Source of the DNA: Pseudomonas phage PAShipCat1
Reading direction: 5' to 3' (one strand)
Length of the DNA stretch: 50,602 nt
Sequence record: PP067092.1
Of this stretch, positions 43,775 to 50,602 are shown piece after piece; position 1 is the stretch's first letter, and each line of letters opens with the position of its first letter. The position numbers and the translations under genes are program-made. The notes under the pieces were generated by a model that did no database searches, was not told the origin of the DNA, and was given only the letters and a program-made list of their open reading frames with translations.

Positions 43775-44396
43775 CTTGTGCCCCATGCTTCTTTGCGGCC
43801 TTCTCGATGGCGACACATGCCTTGCATCGCGTGCAGATTCCAGCGTGTGAGTCTTTCTTTGCGTGATACTCGGTAACCGGCTTCGTCTCGCGACAGGCAG
43901 AGCACCGCTTGACCATCACTCCGTCGATCTTTGCGATCTGCCCGTGGTTGAGCTTCCACTGTTCGTCTCGGATGACCTTGAACCGTTGACGGCAGTCCTT
44001 TCGCTCTGGCGCACGGATCTTGTCCGCCCGCTTGTCTCGCCCGAAGTAGTTCGAAAGAAGTCGCTGAAGCACGTAATCCCGGATACCAAGCGCGTCGGCG
44101 GCTCCCTTGCGGTCCGGACAGCAATCGAGCAGGACATCCAGAGCGGCAACAAACGGTTCGTCCTTGATCTCCTGGGCGGTTTGTTTGCCCATAGAGCGGA
44201 TACGTCCGTTGAACATTGCTGGAGCCGAGTCGCCGGATACTCCTACCGGGATTTCCTTAATCGCCCCGCCCGATGACATGAACTCCGAAACCAGTCGGTC
44301 GATATCCTCATGCGTCATGCTGTGCGGGACTGCTACCGGCTTCAGCCAAGCATCTGCCGGGATATAGATTTCAACGGGTGCAAGATCGGTTTCCAT
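43755..44396 (-). CDS. hypothetical early protein with C-terminal zinc ribbon (CSACRE...CTRCKAC)
   Basis: ORF track. First gene after an internal terminator. Confidence 0.5.
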   Translation of the reverse strand: METDLAPVEIYIPADAWLKPVAVPHSMTHEDIDRLVSEFMSSGGAIKEIPVGVSGDSAPAMFNGRIRSMGKQTAQEIKDEPFVAALDVLLDCCPDRKGAADALGIRDYVLQRLLSNYFGRDKRADKIRAPERKDCRQRFKVIRDEQWKLNHGQIAKIDGVMVKRCSACRETKPVTEYHAKKDSHAGICTRCKACVAIEKAAKKHGAQDEKAAA

Positions 44397-44410
44397 GGCT
44401 TTCTCCGGGC

Positions 44411-44436
44411 AAAATAAAAGGCCCTTAAGAGGGCCT
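44411..44436 (-). terminator. intrinsic terminator inside early-left operon
   Basis: On minus strand: GGCCCT-CTTA-AGGGCC followed by TTTTATTTT. Confidence 0.55.
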
Positions 44437-44459
44437 TTAATTGCGCGTAACTTGTTGAT

Positions 44460-44738
44460 TTAGAAGTGGATATCGTCGTCGAAGCTGTCGTTAGCCTGAG
44501 CTTGTCGGGGTGCGCTCTGCTGCTGTTGCTCCTTCTCTTTCGGCTCGAACAGCGCAAGCCATACCGCGCCATCGTCAGATCGCTGGGGGCAACCTGCCGG
44601 GTTAAAGCAGGCATCGAGTTTCAGCCGGTACCCTTTCTGCGTGCTGACGATCACGCCAACCTTGCGGTTCAGGTACTTGACCTGGCCGTCCTTCTCGTAC
44701 TGCCCAACGGTTGCCACAACATCGTATTTCACGCTCAT
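44460..44738 (-). CDS. small protein with SSB-like acidic C-terminal tail (…NDSFDDDIHF), possible compact SSB or SSB-tail mimic
   Basis: C-terminal DDDIHF vs canonical SSB DDDIPF. Gln-rich linker. Immediately downstream of exonuclease/RecT pair. Confidence 0.5.
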   Translation of the reverse strand: MSVKYDVVATVGQYEKDGQVKYLNRKVGVIVSTQKGYRLKLDACFNPAGCPQRSDDGAVWLALFEPKEKEQQQQSAPRQAQANDSFDDDIHF

Positions 44739-45358
44739 GCTGCTTTCCTCATGCGCTCTCGCATCTGATGTTCAAGCTCTGCCAACTCTTCCAGGAACGC
44801 CATAACCTCAGCCTCCATCTCGCGGATGCGTGCCTCGTCGCGGTGGTAGCGGAAGCACACGTACTGCAATTCATCAGGCAGACGGTCGTCGAAGCTCACG
44901 AAGTCGACCCACTCGCGGCCGCTGCATGACATTTGGGCGAGCATCTGCCACTCGTAGGTTGTGTCGTGAGCGCCAGACTGGATGATTGCGATGTGCTGCG
45001 CCGTGTTCGGGCACTTGATCTCTAGCAACCCGTCAGTGCCAACAACGCCATCGGGAGAAGCTGCGAAGCCGGTGATGCGCTGATGTTCGATCAGTCCGGT
45101 TTCTACGGTCATGACGCCAGCATTGAACTCGTAGGCTGAGCGGGCGATTGGCTCAAGTTCAGTTCCGCGCTGCATAGCAGCACTGGTGAAGCCTTCTTCT
45201 CGCTTTCCGGTAAGGCGTTCGCACAGCAACTGCATCATGTAGTTCTGACGGGTAGCAGAAGGGGCGCCGCCGCGCCCCTTTGCCATTACATCCTTGACCT
45301 TGCTCGCCGTTACCTTTCCCAGCCTTGCGGAAAACCATTCATCACTACGCTGCTCCAT
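44735..45358 (-). CDS. YqaJ-like (lambda Exo-type) recombination exonuclease
   Basis: N-terminal SDEWFSARLGKVTASKV YqaJ signature. PD-(D/E)xK-like ...GFAASPDG...LLEIKCP. Confidence 0.8.
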   Translation of the reverse strand: MEQRSDEWFSARLGKVTASKVKDVMAKGRGGAPSATRQNYMMQLLCERLTGKREEGFTSAAMQRGTELEPIARSAYEFNAGVMTVETGLIEHQRITGFAASPDGVVGTDGLLEIKCPNTAQHIAIIQSGAHDTTYEWQMLAQMSCSGREWVDFVSFDDRLPDELQYVCFRYHRDEARIREMEAEVMAFLEELAELEHQMRERMRKAA

Positions 45359-46088
45359 CTTGCACCTCCTCGTATTCAGCTTCGACAGGCTGATCCAGCA
45401 GAAACTTCTTGCGCTCGTCCTTGGCAGTGGTCAACTGATCACGCGCACCCTTGGACTTGTAGGTGCGCCAGGCAGCGCCGAACACCTCTTGCAGTACCTC
45501 GATGCTTGTTGCGTTGCTAATGGCCGTGACGGATTGCGACACGTCCTCAACTTCCTCGGCTGGCGTCACATCGCGCTCGACGATGCGCTCTGCCTCGTCT
45601 TGGTCGTAGATACCAGCGAAACCAAATGCCAGACGTGCGCACTGGATCATGGCCTTGTGTCGCAGCATGCGCTTAGGGTGCGACTGCCACGGCTGGGTGT
45701 TGCGCTTACACTCGGACATGTACTCGGTAATGCTGGTCGGGTGTTTGCGGTCTTTCCGGTAGATCCGGCATGTGTACTCGCTGCCATCGGCTGGCATCTC
45801 GAAATCCATGCCGTCGAACTGCGGGTGCTCATTGATGATGCGTGACCATCCGTCCAGGCCTACCACTGGAACGATCCCGTTGTTCTTGTCCGGGAAGGCG
45901 TACAGTTCCTTTGTGAATGGGTTCAGCTTGTACTGGTCGGCGACGATCAACAGGGCGACCATCTGTGCGTCGCTTACCTGGCCCTTGAAGCAGGTCTGCT
46001 TGAGGGTGTTTGCGACTTCTGCCGGAGTAGCGCCCATCTCGTAACGCTGCGCGAACTTATTCAGCAGCGGCGTCAATGCTGTGCTCAT
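45345..46088 (-). CDS. recT: RecT-family single-strand annealing protein
   Basis: RecT-like core (…QYKLNPFTKELYAFPDKNNG…). Paired with YqaJ exonuclease. Confidence 0.8.
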   Translation of the reverse strand: MSTALTPLLNKFAQRYEMGATPAEVANTLKQTCFKGQVSDAQMVALLIVADQYKLNPFTKELYAFPDKNNGIVPVVGLDGWSRIINEHPQFDGMDFEMPADGSEYTCRIYRKDRKHPTSITEYMSECKRNTQPWQSHPKRMLRHKAMIQCARLAFGFAGIYDQDEAERIVERDVTPAEEVEDVSQSVTAISNATSIEVLQEVFGAAWRTYKSKGARDQLTTAKDERKKFLLDQPVEAEYEEVQDGAA

Positions 46089-46095
46089 ACGAACC

Positions 46096-47160
46096 TCAGT
46101 AGTTGATTGTGATGTGAGGAACCTTGCGCTGAGCGATCAGTGTGATCGCCTGCTTGGCGCATTCCTCGGGCATGCCGCCGGCGATCAGGGCCGCCAGGGC
46201 TTCGTTGTTGATGGCTTTCTTGTGGGCCTTGTCGGCTTCTCGGACTGCTGCCTCGCGCTCGATCCTGGCCTGCTCGTCTGCCTGCCGTTGGCGCTCTGCG
46301 GCAGCGGCTTCTTCGGCGCGCCGATGCGCATCACGCTCAGCCTGCTCGGCGCGTTGCTGTGCTTCCAACTTCTCACGTTCCGCCTTCTCGGCAGCGAGTC
46401 GCAGTTCCAGTTCCCGGCGCTCGGCGGCAGCCTTTGCCTCGGTTTCGCGGCGAGCGGCGGCTTCGCGTTCCTCCTGGGCGCGTCGTTCCGCTGCCAGGCG
46501 CTCGGCCTCGGCTGCTTCGCGGGCAATGCGTTCCTCGCGCTCTTTCTGCTCGCGAGCAGCAGCTTCGGCGCGCAGTCGCTCCAACTCGGCCTGCTCGGCT
46601 TCATACTTCTCGCGTGCAACGAGGGCTTCGCGCAGCGCGGCCAGGGCCTTGTCCTTGGTACGGGCGGCCTCGGTTTCGAACTCTCCCCAGTCCTCGCCAA
46701 TCAAGAGACCTTCCAGCCATTCAATGTTGGCTTTCAACTCGGTCGAATCTAGGTCGCGGCATTCAAGACGCAGGTTGATCTGATCGATGCCGGCCTGGTG
46801 CTTGGCCTTGCGCATTTCCTCGCGCTGCTCCCACTCCGTTAGCGGCTGGCGTACCTCCGCCTGCCAGGAGTCCAGAAGGTCACGCATGCGCTTACGCTCG
46901 GCATCGACCTTCTTGGGCACTTCCTTCAGCTCGGCGACCAGTTCCTTGCCTACATTGTCCAGCGCCGTCTTAGAGCGGGCGACCTTGTAGGCGATGGAGG
47001 CGATGGCATCGCGGCCCTTGCGGGTTGAAACGTCCGGCACGAAGCCGTCGATTTCCTCGCGAATCTTGGCCAGGAACGGGTCAAGGCCATTGGCTGCCGA
47101 GTAGACTTGCAGAGCGGTTTCTTTGGCTGGTACTTCGACCAGTTGGTTTTCTGCGGACAT
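46096..47160 (-). CDS. long coiled-coil protein (E/R/A-rich central region)
   Basis: ORF track. ~170-aa low-complexity ERAAE coiled coil. Conserved C-terminus INNEALAALIAGGMPEECAKQAITLIAQRKVPHITINY. The opposite-strand ORFs 46081..46752 and 46142..46783 are rejected as shadows of the GC-rich repeat. Confidence 0.55.
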   Translation of the reverse strand: MSAENQLVEVPAKETALQVYSAANGLDPFLAKIREEIDGFVPDVSTRKGRDAIASIAYKVARSKTALDNVGKELVAELKEVPKKVDAERKRMRDLLDSWQAEVRQPLTEWEQREEMRKAKHQAGIDQINLRLECRDLDSTELKANIEWLEGLLIGEDWGEFETEAARTKDKALAALREALVAREKYEAEQAELERLRAEAAAREQKEREERIAREAAEAERLAAERRAQEEREAAARRETEAKAAAERRELELRLAAEKAEREKLEAQQRAEQAERDAHRRAEEAAAAERQRQADEQARIEREAAVREADKAHKKAINNEALAALIAGGMPEECAKQAITLIAQRKVPHITINY

Positions 47161-47202
47161 GAATGATCCTCGCCGCGCATGCGCAGCCAGTGAAGGGAGG
47201 GG

Positions 47203-47331
47203 TTATTGGCCAGTGACCGTAGATTCTGCGGTGATGATGCCGCCCCAGATCGGGCCGGCTGCCAGAATGAACAGGTACAGCAGTCCGCCGAAGAGGCTGC
47301 CTAGCCAGATTGCTGTGCGCCTAGTATTCAT
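47203..47331 (-). CDS. tiny hydrophobic peptide (42 aa, MNTRRTAIWLGSLFGGLLYLFILAAGPIWGGIITAESTVTGQ)
   Basis: ATGA overlap with preceding peptide gene. One TM. Confidence 0.35.
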   Translation of the reverse strand: MNTRRTAIWLGSLFGGLLYLFILAAGPIWGGIITAESTVTGQ

Positions 47332-47441
47332 AGCCCCGCCACCTCCACAAACGCCACGGCGAACATGAACACGCTGCCCACAAAAAAGCCGCCGAAGATC
47401 AGGACTTGGGCGGCCTTGGTCAGGTCGATGGTGATGGTCAT
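47328..47441 (-). CDS. tiny hydrophobic peptide (37 aa, MTITIDLTKAAQVLIFGGFFVGSVFMFAVAFVEVAGL)
   Basis: GGGAGAG SD. ATGA overlap with upstream gene stop. One TM. Confidence 0.35.
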   Translation of the reverse strand: MTITIDLTKAAQVLIFGGFFVGSVFMFAVAFVEVAGL

Positions 47442-47803
47442 GTGCGTCTCTCCCTAACCAGTCGTTCAGCGTTCTCGATAAGCGTGGATTCGAATGCGCG
47501 GAACCAGATGCGTTGGGCCAGTTCCAGGTCGCCTCGGCGGACGGCTAGGAGTAGCTGAGTCATCGGGCACTCTTTGCTGTCGACCTCTGCAAGCCACTCA
47601 GGCACGAATCCGGCGAATCCGTAGACCGTGAAGTCAGGCCCGGAAAAGGCCCGCTGCCGCTTGTCATGGAACGGCACGCAATCACCGTCCTCGCAGTTCA
47701 GGAGCTTCCCTACCTGCGCGGTTACGTACTCGCGGTCGCCGTCATCGTCTGGCGGCAGCGCGTTGTCCCAGCGCTCCTGGGCGTATTTCAATGCAGTGTT
47801 CAT
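47438..47803 (-). CDS. hypothetical early protein (121 aa)
   Basis: ORF track. Confidence 0.5.
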   Translation of the reverse strand: MNTALKYAQERWDNALPPDDDGDREYVTAQVGKLLNCEDGDCVPFHDKRQRAFSGPDFTVYGFAGFVPEWLAEVDSKECPMTQLLLAVRRGDLELAQRIWFRAFESTLIENAERLVRERRT

Positions 47804-47811
47804 TTCTCACC

Positions 47812-48252
47812 TCAGTCGGTGTAGGCGATGTACTTGAACTGGCCTTTCTCTTCGTTGAAGTACTCGAATCGGCCGCCAAACGTCCCGATCACGGCTTTTT
47901 CAACCTCGGCGCGCGAAGTGCCGATGGGGAAAACTCCCTTCTTGATCATTGATGCGCCTGTGTGCGGCTCCCATGTCCAGTCGATTTTTGTTGGGTCAAG
48001 CACGCGAGGCTTGCTTTCCATGAATGCCCCATACCCACCTACATCGAGGGTAATCGTGTGAATCTCGCGTACGCAGAGCGGATCGTCCGCTGCGCGCCAA
48101 CCACAATCTGGACAACACATGTCAGCGCTCGTGTGAGCCGCACACGGCGGACTGATATGACAACTGCAATTCTCAACCTTTTCCAATTCGATCACGCCTT
48201 CGCAGCCGTCTCGGTTGCAGGTGGCGCCTTCCTCATATCCGAGTTCTTTCAT
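47812..48252 (-). CDS. hypothetical Cys-rich early protein (146 aa)
   Basis: ORF track. N-terminal CNRDGCEG...CSCH...CAAH...CCPDCGW cluster. Confidence 0.5.
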   Translation of the reverse strand: MKELGYEEGATCNRDGCEGVIELEKVENCSCHISPPCAAHTSADMCCPDCGWRAADDPLCVREIHTITLDVGGYGAFMESKPRVLDPTKIDWTWEPHTGASMIKKGVFPIGTSRAEVEKAVIGTFGGRFEYFNEEKGQFKYIAYTD

Positions 48253-48302
48253 GTCTCACCTCGCGTTCGCGTGCATGCGGCAGCGTTCCGAATCGCTGTC
48301 GT

Positions 48303-48326
48303 CATACAGGCGAAAAAATGCCCGGA
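48303..48326 (-). terminator. intrinsic terminator (3' end of candidate ncRNA / internal early-left terminator)
   Basis: On minus strand: GCCCGG-CAAGT-CCGGGC followed by ATTTTTTCG. Confidence 0.55.
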
Positions 48327-48331
48327 CTTGC

Positions 48332-48640
48332 CGGGCTAATGAGGGGTATGGGGATAGAGGGTGATCTGCGCTGCCGGCTCTACTTGAGCTACCTCCACCC
48401 TCCACAGGTGGTGCGCTAAGCATCAGCACTACTACTACGTCAGCGGCGTGCACACCGCTTATGCCTCGTTCGTGCCTACGCAATCCTTCACGCCCCGCCG
48501 GGCCGTTTACGGATTCACAGATGCGCTACAGCAGCGCAGATCACTCTCATTGGTAGGGTGGGGATGGCTCTAGTCTCCAGGCTTACGCGAACGCGCCCCG
48601 GTGCGCACTAGAGTCATCCCCATTAAAGGGTGGCGTCCTT
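48332..48640 (-). ncRNA. candidate structured noncoding element (RNA or MITE-like), ~300 bp with no credible ORF
   Basis: Perfect 13-bp (extendable to 18/19) long-range complement GTGATCTGCGCTG (48519-48531 region) / CAGCGCAGATCAC (48349-48361 region). 14-bp hairpin GGGGATGACTCTAG...CTAGAGCCATCCCC (48544-48611). Ends in the intrinsic terminator on minus strand. Confidence 0.35.
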
Positions 48641-48650
48641 GCCGGGGAAG

Positions 48651-49028
48651 TCAGTTGATGCGGCTGAAATCGACCGATTCGGAGTAGTAGCCGTTCGACT
48701 CGCCAAGCCAGCGGATTACGACGAAGCCTTTGGCTGTGGCCAGTCGGTAGAAGGTCCATGTGTAGCTTTCTACGTAATACCCAGGCGGCGCCGGGAAGTC
48801 TTCGCTACTGACGTCCTCGGCAACCACCAACGGCTGGCCAACAAGGTCGCTTGTGTCGCCCTCGATATCGTTAATCGAAACGCTCTCACAGCAGTCCTGC
48901 TGGTGATACATCCGAAACAGAGAGCCGTCTTCACATTCGAAATCGACAGAATCGCTGCCAGCTTCCAACCCGGTGATCTGCTTGATGGTCTTTCCGAGAA
49001 GATCAGAAATCGAAGCGTGCTTATACAT
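48651..49028 (-). CDS. hypothetical protein (125 aa)
   Basis: GGAGG SD + ATG MYKHASISDLLGKT... The track N-terminal extension has no SD. Confidence 0.5.
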   Translation of the reverse strand: MYKHASISDLLGKTIKQITGLEAGSDSVDFECEDGSLFRMYHQQDCCESVSINDIEGDTSDLVGQPLVVAEDVSSEDFPAPPGYYVESYTWTFYRLATAKGFVVIRWLGESNGYYSESVDFSRIN

Positions 49029-49062
49029 ATCTCGCCTCCAGTGTGTATGCGCCAGGGCGCGG

Positions 49063-49500
49063 TTAGGCGGTTGGTTTGACTGGTCGAACTGAAACAACAA
49101 CCCAAGCATCATTTCCAATAACAAATGCACAGGAAGCTTCTTCGTCGGGGCCGTCGTAGAGGTTGCCGTCCGAACCTTCTTGCCCGAAATCGATCTTACC
49201 GTTCATATCGGCGATTCCATCCCAAAGCGGGCCAGTAGTCAGCGCATGCGATGCCCATTCCGGGGCGCTCTTCCAGTCGATATTTACGCTGTTCTCCAGC
49301 GGAAGCTCTGGACTAGGCATCCAGTATTTGACCTTGTAACATTGGCTTTCGCCTTTACGTTGGCACCATGCGCCTAACCATTCGCCTTCTCCCTCGTAAG
49401 TTGCTCCTTCTATTTCATATCGCCCACATACCGGGATCATGATCAGGCATTTGTCGCCAACGTTTGGTAGATGATCACTACACTTGATCCACTCACTCAT
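49063..49500 (-). CDS. DUF551-like phage protein
   Basis: N-terminal MSEWIKCSDHLP matches the DUF551 hallmark (WI..SD.LP). GGTGAGGTGA SD. Confidence 0.6.
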   Translation of the reverse strand: MSEWIKCSDHLPNVGDKCLIMIPVCGRYEIEGATYEGEGEWLGAWCQRKGESQCYKVKYWMPSPELPLENSVNIDWKSAPEWASHALTTGPLWDGIADMNGKIDFGQEGSDGNLYDGPDEEASCAFVIGNDAWVVVSVRPVKPTA

Positions 49501-49682
49501 CTATCACCTCACCAATAAATAGTCAGAAACAGAACAACGAACAGCGCTGCGAACTCGCCAAGGTCTGGCATGGATTCCTCTCTTGCCGTATCAGGGCAAA
49601 TGGAGCGAACGCCGGGCGCTTCCCCGGATGCGTCAGGTCTGGCTGCGCTAGCCCCTAGACTCGTTCGCTGTTCGATGGCAGC

Positions 49683-50602
49683 TCACTCGTCGAATTCGAC
49701 GAACTCGCCCTCGGCATTCAACTGGTACCAGGTGTCCGGCTCTACGCCGTTCTCCCCGACCTTGCTGGCGCGGATATGGATGAGGCGCCCCTCGTCGTCG
49801 CGATGGCAGAGAACGATGGCGCTGCCGGCAGACGCGCGAGCGCGGCCTTCGATACCCAGGGATGCGGCGACGGATTCCTTGCCGCTGACCTCGGCTGCCG
49901 AGTAGTCGCCGGTGTTCGACGCTGCCGAGCGGTAGCCGGTGTTGCTGGCTGCCGAGTAGTCGCCGGTGTTGCTGGCTGCCGACTGGTAGCCGGTGTTGCT
50001 GGCTGCCGAGCGGTTGCCGGTGTTGCTGGCTGCCGAGCGGTTGCCGGTGTTGCTGGCTGCCGAGTAGTCGCCGGTGTTGCTGGCTGCCGACTGGTAGCCG
50101 GTGTTGCTGGCTGCCGAGTGGTAGCCGGTGTTGCTGGCGGCCGAGGGGTAGCCGGAGTTGCTGGCGGCCGAGGGGTGGCCGGGGTTGCTGGCGGCCGAGG
50201 GGGGGCCGGGGGTGCTGGCGGGGTTTGCTGGCTGCCTAGCCGGCGTTGCTGGCTGCCTGGTAGCCGGTGTTGCTGGCCGCCTGTAGCCGGTGTTGCTGGC
50301 TGCCGACTGGTAGCCGGTGTTGCTGGCTGCCGAGTAGTCGCCGGTGTTGCTGGCTGCCGAGCGGTTGCCGGTGTTGCTGGCTGCCGAGCGGTTGCCGGTG
50401 TTGCTGGCTGCCGACTGGTAGCCGGTGTTGCTGGCTGCCGACTGGTAGCCGGTGTTGCTGGCTGCCGACTGGTAGCCGGTGTTGCTGGCTGCCGAGTAGT
50501 CGCCGGTGTTGCTGGCTGCCGAGCGGTTGCCGGTGTTGCTGGCTGCCGAGCGGTTGCCGGTGTTGCTGGCTGCCGACGGGTAGCCGGGGTTGCTGGCGTC
50601 TG
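49683..50602 (-). CDS. nonapeptide-repeat protein, 3' part (stop codon TGA at 49685-49683; reading frame open to window end)
   Basis: ~26 tandem 27-nt repeats (49900-50600) encoding SNTG[YND][QRYH]SAA. Degenerate Pro-rich stretch 50150-50285 stays open. Then a ~65-aa C-terminal domain ...EVSGKESVAASLGIEGRARASAGSAIVLCHRDDEGRLIHIRASKVGENGVEPDTWYQLNAEGEFVEFDE*. Confidence 0.7.
   Translation of the reverse strand, partial: DASNPGYPSAASNTGNRSAASNTGNRSAASNTGDYSAASNTGYQSAASNTGYQSAASNTGYQSAASNTGNRSAASNTGNRSAASNTGDYSAASNTGYQSAASNTGYRRPATPATRQPATPARQPANPASTPGPPSAASNPGHPSAASNSGYPSAASNTGYHSAASNTGYQSAASNTGDYSAASNTGNRSAASNTGNRSAASNTGYQSAASNTGDYSAASNTGYRSAASNTGDYSAAEVSGKESVAASLGIEGRARASAGSAIVLCHRDDEGRLIHIRASKVGENGVEPDTWYQLNAEGEFVEFDE

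Noticed and set aside
46081-46783. Plus-strand ORFs (Arg/Ser/Ala-rich) opposite the coiled-coil gene
   Set aside because: Low-complexity reflection of the GAG/CGC-rich coiled-coil coding repeat. The minus ORF has a conserved non-repetitive N- and C-terminus.
48332-48640. Retron msr/msd or type III toxin-antitoxin RNA
   Set aside because: No reverse transcriptase gene and no tandem direct RNA repeats with an adjacent toxin. The downstream 146-aa Cys-rich protein does not resemble either.
49900-50602. Repeat array as a CRISPR array
   Set aside because: The 27-nt units are contiguous with no spacers. They are degenerate in a codon-preserving way and lie inside an open reading frame.

Overview
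The window reads as an essentially complete genome of a lambdoid temperate siphovirus. The host is inferred to be Pseudomonas-like from the ~62-65% GC backbone and GC-rich third codon positions. No host flank is visible. Both window edges lie inside the same 27-nt tandem-repeat array of one gene (minus strand, 672->1 and 50602->49683). The contig therefore looks like a circular or circularly permuted phage genome broken inside a repeat array.

Layout, rightwards from the immunity region:
- Immunity: cI-like HTH/S24 repressor (2369-3097, minus) divergent from a Cro-like and a CII-like gene, with TTTCAG-N4-CTGAAA operator palindromes on both sides of cI. A Rha/KilAC antirepressor follows.
- Replication and nin region: O-like initiator, DnaC-like loader, then NinB, NinG and several small overlapping ORFs.
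- Late leader: a hypothetical protein in the Q position, then hairpin + terminator, a tRNA-Thr(UGU), and a second terminator.
- Holin-like and membrane proteins plus an HExxH protein.
- Morphogenesis: small and large terminase, portal, MuF head morphogenesis protein, scaffold, capsid, head-tail joining genes, Ig-domain major tail protein, chaperone, tape measure, lambda M/L/K/J-like tip genes, and a beta-helix tailspike.
- Low-GC moron island: the tailspike C-terminal domain fused in, plus a convergent OafA-type O-antigen acyltransferase (30750-32678). A Bro-N protein, a duplicated MuF C-terminal fragment and a stand-alone HIRAN-domain protein follow.
- Lysis cassette: GH24 lysozyme, Rz, Rz1.
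- Integration: candidate attP with paired GTACCA arm repeats and an IHF site, tyrosine integrase, excisionase.
- Early-left operon on the minus strand (37.9-49.7 kb, continuing through the window junction to about 775): Ea22-like coiled-coil protein, dual-specificity phosphatase, a large protein with DnaJ-type CxxCxGxG fingers and exact internal DNA repeats, an RMF (ribosome modulation factor)-like small protein, a small protein with an SSB-like DDDIHF tail, YqaJ exonuclease, RecT, a long coiled-coil protein, two tiny hydrophobic peptides, a ~300-bp ORF-free structured element, a DUF551 protein, and the nonapeptide-repeat protein.

Overlapping antisense ORFs in the track are treated as high-GC shadows. 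Product calls rest on motifs I can see and on synteny; nothing was searched against a database.
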